64,000 nt of DNA from contig OX597839.1 of the NCBI GenBank assembly GCA_951406725.2, positions 25,792,001 to 25,856,000 on the forward strand, in the 5' to 3' direction. Below the pieces are notes generated by a model. It did no database searches, was not told the DNA's origin, and saw only the letters and a list, made by a program, of their open reading frames with translations. Source of the DNA: Octopus vulgaris. Its lineage: Eukaryota. Position 1 is the first letter of the stretch. The number at the start of each line of letters is the position of its first letter. The translations under genes and the position numbers were made by a program. Shown here in pieces: positions 40,607 to 55,220 of the stretch.

Positions 40607-43600
40607 TGATGATGATGATGAGGCTTTTGAACTCAGGTGTAGAGCCAGTAATTTTGAGGGGACGGAGTTAGTCCATCAACTGCCCCCCAATACTAGGCTG
40701 GTACTTCATTTTATCGACCCCCTGAAGCGGGGGGGTGGGGGTGAGAGTCAAAATGCAAAGCTGACCTTGATGGGATTTGAATGCAGATTGGAACAGACCA
40801 GAAGAAACGCCGCTAAACACCAGTGTCCAATACTCTGGCAATTCTGCCGATTCTTCCTCCCCCCACCCACCACCACTACTACTTATAATAATAATAATAA
40901 TAATAAAAATAATATAGATTTTTTTTCGCTCGGGCACAAAGCCATAAATTTATTGGGGGGGGGGGGGGGCTAATCAATAAATCAACCTTAAATTATACCT
41001 AATACTTGTTTTATCAGCAATGCATAACACACACACACACACACACACACCTCTACGTACATAGATCTATATAGATGTTCATATATACACACACACATAT
41101 ACGTCTACATAGATACACATAAATCACAGATTTCGAAAGAAGTGGATATAAAGAAAACCTACTCTGGGAGCGATTCGCCTCTAATTCAATTAGCGACCAT
41201 GGAAACTGGTGATGTACTACCACTTTCATAAATCTTAGGTTTTTTTTTTCGTTTTTTTTAAAAATCTTTTACTTGTTTCAGTTTTAATTTGCGGCCATGC
41301 TGGGGCACTACCTTTAAGAGTTTTTAGTCAAATAAGTCGATCCAGTACTTTTTTCTTTGAAGCCTGGTACTTATACTATCAGTGTCTTTTGCTGAACTAC
41401 TAAGCTATGAGGATGTAAACAAACCAACACTGGTTGTCAAGGGGCAGTAAGGGACAAACACATATGATAGGCTTCTTCTAGTTTTTGTCTACCAAGGCTT
41501 TGGTCAGCTTGAGGCTATAGTAAAAGATATTTGCCCAAGGTGCCACACAGTGGGACTGAACCCAGAGCCATGTGGTTGGTAAGCAAGCTTCTTACCACAC
41601 CACCACACCTGTGTCTATCTTCACAATTTAGAAACGGACAATGTTTATCTTTCGAGCAGATTCAATAATTCTTGAAAGATAAAAAGAAAAGGGGAAACAT
41701 TAGCATCTGTTCCCTAAAATGTCAAGAAACCCCCACCCACCAAAAAAACCCCAAATAAACAAACAGGGATATCCAATGGTAGCCGGGCTGCCTTTTAAGG
41801 AGAAAAATACCCCAGGTAAAATTTGAACAGCAATCAGCTAAAGTTCATTTCTAACTTTGGTACAATTACATCCGCCTTCGTCCAGCAGACTTATTAATCA
41901 AAGACATTCCTAGTTCTGACCATCGTCTCTTCAGGATGGTCATGGGGGTTTGTTGATTCCCTTAAAACTTTCATTACCATATTTCTATTGAAATATATAT
42001 TCTGAGTTCAAATTCTGCTGAGATCGACTTGGCCCTTCATCCTGTTGGTATTGATGAAACAAGTACCAGTTATGCACTGGGGTCGATGTAATTGACTAAC
42101 CCCTTACCCCAAAATTTCAGGCCTTGTGCCTATAATAGAAAGGACCAGTAAGCTGATGTCTTAGGAGGGTTGATATCAAAAATAAAATTGGTATCAAACT
42201 TGGTTTTGACCTGTTAGAAATAGCAGTCAAATTTGTTAAAAATCAAAGACAGTTAAATGTGTCTTTAATTTGCACAAAATTTGACTGCTATTTCTAACAG
42301 GTCAAACAACTATATGAAACAAAATCTGCAAATTAAAGATGGTCAGTCAAATACGACTTCAATTTTCACAAGCTTTGGCTGCTATTTCTAACAGGTCAAA
42401 CAATTATGTGAAACAAAATCTGCAAATTAAAGACAGTCAGTCAAATATCATCATCATCATCACCATGCTAGCATGGGTTGGACGGTTCAACTTGGGTCTG
42501 GGAAGCCAGAAGGCTGCACCAGGCCCAGTCTGATCTGGCAATGTTTCTACGGCTGGATGCCCTTCCTAACGCCAACCACTCCGTGAGTGTAGTGGGTGCT
42601 TTTTACATGCCACCGGCACAGGTGCCAGACGGGGCTGGCAAATGGCCACGATCGGATGGTGCTTTTTACATGCCACCAGCACGGAGGCCAGGCGAGGCTG
42701 GCAAACGGCCACGGTCGGATGGTGCTTTTTACATGCCACCAGCATGGAGGCCAGGCGAGGCTGGCAACGGCCACGATCGGATGATGCTTTTTACGCTCAG
42801 AAGCCTTGGCTGCTATTTCTAACAGGTCAAACAACTATGTGAAACAAAACCTGCAAAAACAAATGTGTCTTTAATTTGCACAAGATTTGGCTGCTATTTC
42901 TGACAGTATGTAAAACAAAGGCTCCCTTTCTTCTCATGTTATTGTTTCACTCTACAGGTCAATAAGATTTACCAATAATGTGTTTTGGCAAAGCAGAATT
43001 TGTCGTCACCGACAATAAATCAAATATTATTTATTCGCTGTTTTACTGACACCTTCAAACAGAGAATACAATCAAAACTTAATAAAATAAAATAAAATAG
43101 AATAAAAAAAGTTATTTCTTAATGTTCTGTTTTTTTTTTTCCGCTGTTGTTGTTGTTGTATTGATTGTTTCAGTAACAAAAATACAATATTTGGCTTCCA
43201 ACAAATTTTTAGGATTTTCTTTGTGCCTCCCCGACCAAGGCCCTCACCCCCACCAACTTTGTCTGTCTGTCTGTCTGTCTTTCACATTTTTCTTTTTTGG
43301 CACTTTTCAAAAAAATGAAAATAAAAATAAAAATTATATATTGAAAAGCGATAACAAAATGGAATCATTTCTAGGTGGGGTGGGGTTATTTTTATTTTTT
43401 TGTTTTCTCTTGTTTTCTTTTGTTTCTTTCTTTCTTCTTGATTACAAAACGATGATATTAAATCGGTTGAGAAGTAATTTCATTACTGGCCATCGTAATG
43501 TTTGGCAAGAAACATTTAGACAGAGAAAGAGAGAGAGAGCGGGGTTGGGTGGGGTGGAAATCAGAGGCTAATCAAATTATTTGAATACAAAAGAAAAAGG

Positions 43601-44980
43601 CAAAATCAATAACTGCCGAGAACAATTGAGAATGCTAGAAACTGAGAAGGTCTGGTGCCAACAATTGGATATTGAGTGAATGGAAGAGTGCAAAGTCTGA
43701 AGACAGAGAGAGACAGAGAGAGAGAGTATGAGAGAGTGAGGGGGAGAGAGAGGAGCTTCCTCTAAAACTAAAACGACGAAGAAGTATTTCGTCTCAACGG
43801 AATTTGAAAGATTAAGATTCATTTTAATAAAGATTTTAAAAGGAATTAATTGGGGGTGTTTAACGACACAGTCAGTAATGAAATAATATTTAGCTTAGAA
43901 AGATGAGCTGAAATATACTAAACCAGAAAAGTACCAAGAAAACAAAAAAAGATTGAGATAAATAATATTTTGTAAACTAATTAATATTGATAACAATCAG
44001 AGAGTTTGTTTGTTTTTTTCTCTACACGCCTTTTAAATTACCCCACACTGCATTGTTCTGTATTGACTCCAATGTTTTTTGTGAGCCCTTAGTGGTTAAT
44101 AAACATTATTATTACTATTATTATTATTATTATTATTATTAAGAAAACAGTGAAAAACTCTGTCATTTCGTATTTTCATTTCTTAAAAATTAAAACTACA
44201 GCCTGATTAATAAAGAAAATTTTATTGAAGTCATCAAGCACAAACCAGCTAATTACCAAATTAGTTTTATAGCACAACAAACATTTTGTCAATTCTATTT
44301 GTATCAATCTTCACAAAATTATTTAATAAGAAGACTCAGGGTGTTTAACCCTTTCGATACCAACCCACCTAACACCAAATGTGGTTCTTTAACACTAATT
44401 GCTTTAAAGTGATCCAAATTAAAACCTTCCATTAAAATTTCAGTTTAATTTATGTTACAAACACCAGGTTAATAATAATGACAATTATTTTACTAAATTC
44501 TTTGTTATTTTCAAAATTAATTTCAAACAAAATCCGTATATTTCAACAGAAATACGGTAACAGAAAAGGTTAAGGTGATCTCAATTAAAAACTTACATTA
44601 AAAGTCCATGTTAATTTATGTTGAAAATACCAGCTTAATAATGATAAAGTGATTAACCAAGTCGTTCACTGTTTCCAAAATTAATTGAAATAAAGCCAAG
44701 ACATTTTAACAGAAACATGACAAAGGGGTTAAAGTGATCTAAAATCAACCCTTCCATCTATATCTCATGACCCTTCCATCAAAATCTTGTGTTAATTCAT
44801 GTTCCAAAAACCAGTTTAATAACGCCAAAGTTATTTTGCTGAATTCTTCAATATTTCCAAAATTAATTGAAATTAGGACCACGTATTTCAAGGGGTAAAA
44901 CAGTGCAAAGATCAAGAAAAACAAAAACAAAACACAAAAAAATTAAATTCAATTAATGAGAAATGGTAAAGAGAACTCAC

Positions 44981-45142
44981 CGTCTTTAGTTGCTTCTGGT
45001 GTTGTTTTCGCATCCGTTTATATCCTGCAAACTGTTCTCGCAACTCATTGGTGTGTTCGTGCTCTTTCATCTGTTTGGTGACAATGGAAGTTGTACGGAT
45101 GGTAGCAAAGTTGCCCGCTCCTGGTTCCAGGCTTCGAGAGGG
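44981..45142 (-). CDS. TAOK: TAO kinase coding exon ([29 protein letters not shown]...[15 protein letters not shown])
   Basis: Hallmark FATIRT and GYKRMRxQHQKQL motifs; donor gtgagt; best acceptor ttcttctgcacttccag giving exon start 45142 (5' edge less certain, alternatives at 45180 and 45120). Confidence 0.92.
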
Positions 45143-47059
45143 CTGGAAGTGCAGAAGAAATTGAAAATGGTCAAAGCTACCTTGGCGGAAAAAGAAAAAC
45201 AGAGACAGCATTTCGAAACGACGAGCCGAGGGGATTGGTCACTAAAAATAAACAGCCAATCGGAAATGGAATCGTTGAAATTAGTTGCTCGTTTTTCCAA
45301 CCAGCAAACATCGGAATTTACTGCAATCCTCTTCCACTTCAATACATTCACTTCAACTAATAGTTATTAAATTAAACAGTCTCGAATAACAAAATCTTTT
45401 TAGCCAGTAAAATGCCTGAATAATTTCCTTTCAAATGGAGAAATAAAACCAGATCTGTACAGCCCCGATATTCAGAACAAAGACGAACAAAACAAAAATA
45501 ATAATTTTTGCCTTAACTTCATTTACTAAGGTCAAATATTAATTCTTCGGTTGTATAATGTTATTAGCCAGGATGCTTCAGTGTTCTTTGATCAAATATC
45601 TACAATTGGCTAGAATCAGGGTGGCTCAGCTCCCAATAAGCCGCCAGGCAAACGGATACGTTTATGTAATTTAATCTAAAACTAAACCAAATTATAAACC
45701 AAACTGAAAAGCAACCAGTGCTCCAGCATGGTTTTTAACTATAGTTTAAAACGACCTAATTGCTCCAGTATGACCTTAGACTCTTTGGTTTCACCCTTTT
45801 GCATTCACATTATTCTCTCAAAAGTAATGTTTATATTTATTCTTGTTTTGAATTAATCAGGAATTATCTCTTAGCTCTGAGATTTTGACAGCTGTTCAGT
45901 TTTAGAATGATATTTATTTCTTTACTACCCACAAGGGACTAAACACAGAGAGGACAAACAAGGACAGACAAACGGACTAAGTCGATTATATCGACTTAAT
46001 TAATCGACCCCGAAAGGATGAAAGGAAAAGTCGACCTCGGCGGAATTTGAACTCAGAACGTAACGGCAGACGAAATACCACTAAGCATTTCGCCCGGCGT
46101 GCTAACGTTTCTGCCAGCTTGCCGCATTTTTAGAATGATATTGTAGGGTTGGTGGGATAGGCCAGATCTGGCCAGTTTAAATGCTAAAGGGTTAAGTATA
46201 GTTTAAAACAAACTGGTTGCTCCAGTATGACCATGAACCTTTTGGTTTAAATATACTGGTTACCCCAGTATACTTATATGGTTTAAAAAAAAAAAGGGGC
46301 ATAATTAGTTTGTAAGATGATTCCCTCCCACCCCACACAGAAATACATTTAGGGCCACCACTGGAATATAGAGACGCTTCTGTTTGTCCATAAATAAGAC
46401 TAAATGAAATGTTCCAGCATGGCCACAACCACATCAGTTTAATTAAAGAGTCGGTATTCTTTTATTTGTTTCAGTCATTGGTCAGTGGTCATGCTGGGGC
46501 ACCACCCCGATGAATTTCCTTTAATTGAATGAATCAACTCTTGTTCCCCTTTAAAAAAAAAAAAAAATTTTTTTTTTTAACAGCCTGCAACTTATTCCAT
46601 TGATCTCTCTTGCTGAAATGCTAACTTATAAGGATGTAAACACACCAACACTGGTTGTCAAGTGCTGGTGGGGGACAAAGACACACACAATATACACGAT
46701 GGGCTTCTTTCAGTTTCCATCTACCAAATCCACTCCCAAGGCTTTGAATGGTCCAAAGCTATAGTAGAAGACAATTGGCCAAGGTGCCATGCAGTGGGAC
46801 TGAACCCGGAACCATGTGGTTAGGAAGCAAGCTTCTTACCACACAGCTACGCTTGCTCCTATATGCAAAGATATCAAACATAGTTTCCAAATTTTGCCAC
46901 AAGGCCAGCAAAGATATCTGTTATTAAATGACAGATATCTGTATCCCTGGAGATTACATCAGGGTAGGAGAGTGTGCGCCCTCTGGTGTCTTAGTGGGCT
47001 CATTATCGAATGAAGGTTGAAAGTAACAAGTCCATATATTTCGGTTAGCAGTACAACAC

Positions 47060-47380
47060 CATTCTAAAACAGTTTACAAATGAGCACAGTAGGAGGGGAG
47101 AGGGAAGAGAAGAAGACCAAAAACCACAGGGTGCAGAGGATCCATAAGTGGCATCAACGCTTGAGGATTCTGGGAAGATACTGGCAAGACCACGTGAGCA
47201 CTGAAGACGTTCTAAAGAGAACCAATGCCAGACCATTTAACGAACTCACCATAGAAGGTCATATATTTCGGTTACCAGTACAGCCTTGCTCTAGAACAGT
47301 TTTCAAATGGACACCACCAGAGGGGAAAAGAATGAGTGGTAGAGCAAAAACTATATGGCTCAAGACATTGAAAATGACTT
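47060..47380 (+). mobile_element. RTE-type LINE ORF2 C-terminal fragment
   Basis: LRILGRYWQDHVSTEDVLKRT...GHIFRLP...WTPPEGKRMSGRAKTIW resembles RTE C-terminal motifs. Confidence 0.7.
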
Positions 47381-48952
47381 TGGTCAGCTCTGGGTTACAC
47401 AAGAACACACGTTCCCAAAGATGCCACACAGTGGGATTGAACCAAAGAATATATGGTTGGGAAGTGAATTCCTTAACCACTCTGCCATGCCTGTAAAATA
47501 TAGAGACAGGTTCTATAACCTTTAGAAAACTGTATAAAAGGCCCCACATGCAAATACGTTTTGGAATCATTAAGAGAAATGTTCCATTGATGCAAGACAA
47601 ACAAAGGCACAGGTGTGGCTCTGTGTTAAGAAGTTTATTTTCTGACCCTACAGTTCTGGGTTCACTTCCACTGTGTGTCACCTTAGGCAAGTGTCTTCTA
47701 CTATAGCCTTGGGCCCGACCAAAGCCTTGTGAGTGAATTTGGTAGACGGAAACTGAAAGAAGCCCATCATCTATGTTTGTGTGTGTGTTTGTCACTCACC
47801 AGCACTCGACAACCAGTGTTGGTTTGTTTATATCCCCTGTCACTTCGCAGTTCAGCAAAAAAAAAAAAAAAAAGATAGAATAAATATCAGGCTTAAAAAA
47901 AAAAAAAAGGTACTGGGGTAGATTCATTTCACTGACAGATTCTTCAAGACAGTGCCCCAGCATGGTTGCAGTCTAACGATTGAAACCAGTAAAAGAGAAA
48001 AGCTAAAAGGAACGTCAGAACTGGCAGTTTTCCAACAAACACAGACAAACCAGAAGCAGAACTGATGTAGGAACATATTCCATCAACACAAAATACAGCC
48101 AAAAAATGACTGTAAAATTTCCATATTTCAAGACGACCTTTCTATTTTCATAAAATATAGATATGGATTAAGGTAACATTCCGACTGAAAAAATTTTCCA
48201 TCAATGCAGAACAGTCTGATCTACTTTGTTTGCCAACAGCTTGCATGAGAATTAAAATCAATAATGGTCTTTTGTTTGTTTGTTTTCTTGGTCTTATCTC
48301 ACAAAATTAATAAAATGGTGGAAGCAGAACAAAATGCAAGAGAATCAAACGTGAATAAACATTACAGGTAAACAGGGGGTCCTTAACGAATAAAGAGCTG
48401 AATAAGAGATGAAAATGTTAAACATAAAACCCGTCTCCCTGTAAGGGCAGCCCAAATAAATGAGGATACTGACCACCGACTAAAATGGAATCAATTTCTC
48501 CATATGGGCGTAGGAGTGGCTGTGTGGTAAGTAGCTTGCTTATGAACCACATGGTTCCGGGTTCAGTCCCACTACGTGGCACCTTAGGTAAGTGTCTTCT
48601 ACTATAGCCTCGGGCCGATCAAAGCCTTGTGAGTGGATTTGGTAGACGGAAACTGAAAGAAGCTCGTCGTATATATGTGTATAATGGTTGGGAAGTGAAT
48701 TCCTTAACCTAAATGGATGCTAAACCTCGCTAAGATAAATATTTCAATTACCTGAAGATTGACTGTAACCATAACTCGAATTATTACGAATTGGACAGCC
48801 ATGAAACAATCATAGTGTTTTACTCATTATCTTTTATTAAACTTTTAATACTTTTGATACATATTTAAAATAATATAAATTAATTAATTTTATGTATTGG
48901 CTTATGTTTTTCATTGTTTGATTTGCCTAATAGTGGTTTTATCTCTAATTTA

Positions 48953-48997
<45 letters not shown>

Positions 48998-49634
48998 GTG
49001 TGTTTGTGTTTGTCCCCCCAACATCGCTTGACAACCGATGCTGGTGTGTTTACGTCCCCGTCACTTAGCGGTTCGGCAAAAAAGAGACCGATAAAATAAG
49101 TACTGGGCTTACAAAGAATAAGTCCCGGGGTCGAGTTGCTCGACTAAAAGGCAGTGCTCCAGCATGGCCACAGTCACATGACTGAAACAAGTAAGAGAAG
49201 GAGCATATGTATTATTGAGACCATGTGAGAGAAGGAGAGAATTCGAGGTGGTTTTCCCCCAACAAGCAGCCCCTTTTTTTGTCAGATTTAAATGAGGCCC
49301 ACAATGGAGTGTTGCTCTCACATCTGTGAAGATGTTGGTGCTTCACATACAAATATCTTAGACTACATCCAGAAAAGGGTCACCCACTGGTCCGCAAATG
49401 CGTTGTGCCTTCTCTCTGTCTCTTGCTGCTATAATGGCTAGCCCAGTGCTGTAGCAGAAGACTATCTATATCTATCTATATACATACATACAAATGTGTG
49501 TATATATATGTATATATATCTCCTTCTTCCATTTTCCTGAGCGCCTAATAATAATAATACTGTAATTGTTCCACGTGTTGTTGTTTTTTCTGTTTTCCCG
49601 TTTGGATTAACCCTATATATATATATATATATAC

Positions 49635-49802
49635 TGGAGTAAGGTGGAAAAAAAGAGTACTCAAATACCAGGGGTAGAGTAATATGCTTTATTTAAAAGC
49701 AGCAGAAATTCAACAGAAAATTTTAACAAAACTGTTCGACGAACGGGAACATGAAACTCCGAGTAACAGGTCTTGTTGAATTTCTGCTGCTTTTAAATAA
49801 AG

Positions 49803-49805
<3 letters not shown>
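49635..49805 (+). mobile_element. Second copy of the inverted-repeat/minimal hammerhead element
   Basis: Same 5' sequence as 13951-14140; arms 49687-49715 and 49774-49802; ctgt-TCGACGA-acg ggaa cat-GAAA-ctccgag-TA-acag at 49732-49769. Confidence 0.65.
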
Positions 49806-50358
<553 letters not shown>

Positions 50359-51493
50359 ACAGACTTCTTTCAGCTTCTGTCTACCAAATCCACTCACAAG
50401 GCTTTAGATGGCCCAAGACTATTTTAGAAGACACTTGCCCATGGTGCTGTGCAGTGGGATTGAACCTGGAACCATGTGGTTAATAAGCAAGCTACTTACC
50501 ACACAGCCACTCCTGTGCCTATAATTTGCACATGAAATTGTGACTTCACCCTTCTTTGCACAAGACTACTTAAGCAAAACAAAAAAAATGGTGATGTGCT
50601 TACATTCTTAGTAAACATTATATTGTGTAGCAGTATGCTTTCTAAGTTTAATGAAATGAAAAAAACCCCAAAAAACTATCCCTTATTTGATAAACAGGTA
50701 AGGGTTAGCAACATGAAGAATATCTGGCCTTAAAAATATTGCCTTAACTAAGTGCTCATCCAACATAAGAAAGCTGAGGGGGGCGGGAAGCAACAAACAT
50801 GGAAAATGAATGAATTTAAGTGGTTTACAAATATTTCAAATATATAAACAGGCAGATAAAGGTTTATTTATGCAACCTTCACTTTGGAGTTGAAAAACAA
50901 AACAGATGAACAATATAATGAAAATATGCATGCGAAAATCCTGCTAAACAAAAAAAAAAAAAGAAAACAATTTCAATAAACATCAACAAAACACAAAATA
51001 TATTACTGCATGCATGCGTATATATATATATATATATATACAAATAAATGAAAGAATGAAAAAAAAAAACAAACAAATTTCCACACGATAGCACGTGATC
51101 TCTGCCCTAGGCATGTAGCTTCAACCGTGTTTCTCTGACGTGAATTTGCTACCCAGGTATCGGTTAACCGAATTATCCATAATAAGATAATTCATTCAAC
51201 TACTCAATTATATATATATATATACATACACAAACACACAAATGTATATATATGTTTTAAGTGGCTAACATACAGCTTCTGTGCTGTAGTTGTTTTCATC
51301 TCAGATCATATCACTTGACAAATACAACTGTGGCTGTGTGGTAAGTAGCTTGCTTACCAACCACATGGTTCCGGGTTCAGTCCCACTGCGTGGCACCTTG
51401 GGCAAGTGTCTTCTACCATAGCCTCGGGCCGACCAAAGCCTTGTGAGTGGATTTGGTAGACGGAAACTGAAAGAAGCCCGTCGTATATATGTG

Positions 51494-51540
<47 letters not shown>

Positions 51541-51753
51541 GTATGCGTGTGTGTGTTTGTCCCCCTAGCATTGCTTGACAACCGATGATGGTGTGTTTAC
51601 GTCCCCGTCACTTAGCGGTTCTTCGGCAAAAGAGACCGATAGAATAAGTACTGGGCTTACAAAAGAATAAGTCCCGGGGTCGAGTTGCTCGATTAAAGGC
51701 GGTGCTCCAGCATGGCCTCAGTCAAAATGACTGAAACAAGTAAAGGATATAAA

Positions 51754-51791
<38 letters not shown>

Positions 51792-53909
51792 GTTGTATTT
51801 GTCAAGTGATGTGATCTGAGATCAGGTGTTGAAACGAAAACAACCACAGCACACAGAAGGTGTATGTTAGTCATTTAAAAATACATAAGTATTAACTACT
51901 CTTAAACATTATCTAGTGTCAAAATTTTCATTGCACCAACTGTGACCTGGTCACTGACACAGTTGCACTGCAATTTCGACACCAAATAATAAACGTTTAG
52001 GTGAAGTTAACAATCTTTGTGTGATTTTTGAATGGTTAACACGAGTCTCCCATACTGCCATTTTCTTGTGATATATATATATATATATAAAAGTATATAT
52101 TATTACATGCATTTCAAGTCATTGCAATTTTCTTGCCTTCTTTGAAAAGGCAACCAGTTCATGCAGTTTAAATTTTAAAGAATAAAAATGGAATAAAATG
52201 CACAGTAGTTAAGGATCCCATTGAAGAACAGCAAGGAACTGCATCATGCATGAATGAACAAGAAGTGGTGGTGGTGGTGGTGGTGTGTGACCGAAATAAC
52301 TATGGATGTCATTCAGAGTGGGGGGGGGGAAGACTCATCAGGATACAAATGTTTAATTAATGTTTACACAACATGCACTGGGGTGAATGAATGTAGTTTG
52401 AAGGGTCCATAACGGAGGGTACCCACAATGAAGTTGAAACCAAGGAAAATATACGAAGAAGTGGCAAGTTTAGATCTGAGAACACGGGGTCAGGTAAGGT
52501 AACAGAGCTGTGCTCCTCCTCCTCCTCCTCCTCATCATCATCATTTTATGTCCCTTTTCCCATGCTGGCATGGGTTGGACAGTTTGAAAAGAACAGATGA
52601 TATATAGGCTTCCACCAGGTTCTACACTCTTTACTCTTACTCTTTTACTGGTTTCAGTCATTTGACTGCGGCCATGCTGGAGCACCGCCTTTAGTCGAGC
52701 AAATCGACCCCGGGACTTATTCTTTGTAAGCCCAGTACTTATTCTATCGGTCTCTTTTGCCGAACCGCTAAGTGACGGGGATATAAACACACCAGCATCA
52801 GTCAAGCAATGCTAGGGGGACAAACACAGACACAAACACACATATATATATATATATATATATACATATATACGACAGGCTTCTTTCAGTTTCCGTCTAC
52901 CAAATCCACTCCCAAGGCATTGGTCGGCCCGGGGCTATAGCAGAAGACACTTGCCCAAGATGCCACGCAGTGGAACTGAACCCGCAACCATGTGGTTGGT
53001 TAGCAAGCTACTTACCACACAGCCACTCCTGCGCCTATGTCTGCTTTGGCACAGTTTCTACAGCTGAATGCCCTTTCCCAATGCCAACCACTTAACAGAG
53101 TTTAATGGAGAGGGGGTGCTTTTTATGTGGCACCAGCACCAGTGAGTTGGCCAATGCTCTGTTCCATATTTTCCCATTTACAAATGCACAGAAATAGAGT
53201 CGTTGGAAATGATGACAACAGGGAACTTCTTGATTAGCAACAACAATAAAAGAAGTGCAATTGGTCTGAACAACAACAACAACTGTATGAGCCAAGGAAC
53301 AAGCATCAATGCAATCGATCAGTCTGCTAGAAATCATAGTTAAATCTCTCTTCAACTATACCATATTGTCTTAAGAAAGGAAGCAAGCAGTATATATCAT
53401 CATCATCGTTTAGCGTCCGCTTTCCATGCTAGCATGGGTTGGACGGTTCAACTGGGGTCTGGGGAGCCCGAAGGCTGCACCAGGCCAGTCAGATCTGGCA
53501 GTGTTTCTACAGCTGGATGCCCTTCCTAACGCCAACCACTCCGAGAGTGTAGTGGGTGATTTTATGTGCCACCGACACAGGTGCCGGACGAGGCTGGCGA
53601 ACGGCCACGCTCGGATGGTGTTTTTATGTGCCACCGACACAGGTGCCAGACAAGGCTATTAAAAAAAAACTATTCTTTTACTGGTTTCAGCTTGGTATGA
53701 TTTCAAATTTCCTGGAGTATAGCTCGACTATTCATTAAAATAAGCAACTTAAAAGATATTTCAATTAGTAATTTATGAAATTTAATTAAAATGAAACGAA
53801 CTTATAACCATTTTATAAAGTCATGCATGGATGAATGGCTAGAGAGAATAGTGTCTTTATTGGTTCTTTAAATAGGAATCTACTGATGTAAGCACAAGGA
53901 TTGACAAAA

Positions 53910-54603
53910 GACACACATGCATGCTCACACACACACACAGCTACACATAAATGCATGCACAGTCACACATATATGCATGCGCGCACGTACACTCACGCAG
54001 ATGTATGCACACAAGCACATGTACAGTTACACACACACACACAAATACTTGCATGTGTGCATTCACTTACATGATCGCATGTCGCATTTTCACAACCACA
54101 CACACGCACACACATTTGTACAACCACACACATTTTCGCAACCACATACATTTGTATAACCACACACACGCACACACATTTTCACAACCACACACACGCA
54201 CACACATTTTCACAACCACGCACACACATTTTCACAACCACACACACGCACACACACATTTTCGCAACCACATACATTTGTATAACCACACACACGCACA
54301 CACATTTGTACAACCACACACACATTTTCGCAACCACGTGCACACATTTTGTACACACACACACACACACATTTTCACAACCACACACACGTGCACACAT
54401 TTGTACAACCACACACACACACACATTTATACAACCACACACACATTTTCACAACCACACACACGCACACACATTTGTACAATCACACGTGCACACATTT
54501 TCACAACCACATACATACACACATTTGTACAACCACACACACATTTTTGCAACCACATGCACACATTTGCACAACCACACATACACGCACACACACACAC
54601 ACA
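53910..54603. repeat. (CA)n-based compound minisatellite (acattttcacaacc / acatttgtacaacc units)
   Basis: Directly visible; a degenerate (TG)n equivalent is at 31857-32292. Confidence 0.9.
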
Positions 54604-55026
54604 TTGTTATGCCAATCAATAAACACAATACAAAGCCATTCCACGAACACTAAAATTCTTCAAAACTGGTAGAAATTATCGGCCGAAACAATCGAAGGAA
54701 GGCAGGCAGGGTGGGTGGGAGGCAAGGATGGAGGGAGGTGAATGATGGAGAGAGATTAGTGACAACAACATGCATATTTACAGAAATAAATGCAAAAGAT
54801 TGTACAACAACTGGTTAACATCCACAGGAATCTAGAGGGAAAAGAGGAGGAGTGACAGACAGACAGACAGACAGAAAAATAGGCAGATAGACAAAAAGAC
54901 AAAAACAGCAAGGCTGGAATACCTGTAAATAATGATAATAACAACAGATATAGCAAACTGCACATGCTACATTACAGGAGGGGGGAGAGGGAAAGAGGAG
55001 AGAGAGAGAGATGATGAGAAAGTTAC

Positions 55027-55056
55027 CTGGAGATGAGTCTGAAGAGCCCTTGGTGG
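55027..55056 (-). CDS. Candidate 30-nt microexon of Tao (PPRALQTHLQ in phase 0, or xTKGSSDSSP in phase 1)
   Basis: ctttgtcctttcttag|CCACCAAGGGCTCTTCAGACTCATCTCCAG|gtaact; strong acceptor and donor, frame-preserving, GC-rich island in AT-rich intron. Confidence 0.6.
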
Positions 55057-55220
55057 CTAAGAAAGGACAAAGTATAAATATGAATAAATTTAAATACAGA
55101 AAAACAGGGAATAGAATTTGAAATATGGAGGGGAGGGAAAATACAATGAAATGATGATAAAATAATTATACCAGTTGCTTTAATATATATATAAAAATAT
55201 TATAAAGATATATATATATA

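Noticed and set aside
54915-54940. tttacag|gtattc on minus strand, resembling a recursive splice site
   Set aside because: Weak pyrimidine tract and weak donor; no independent support.
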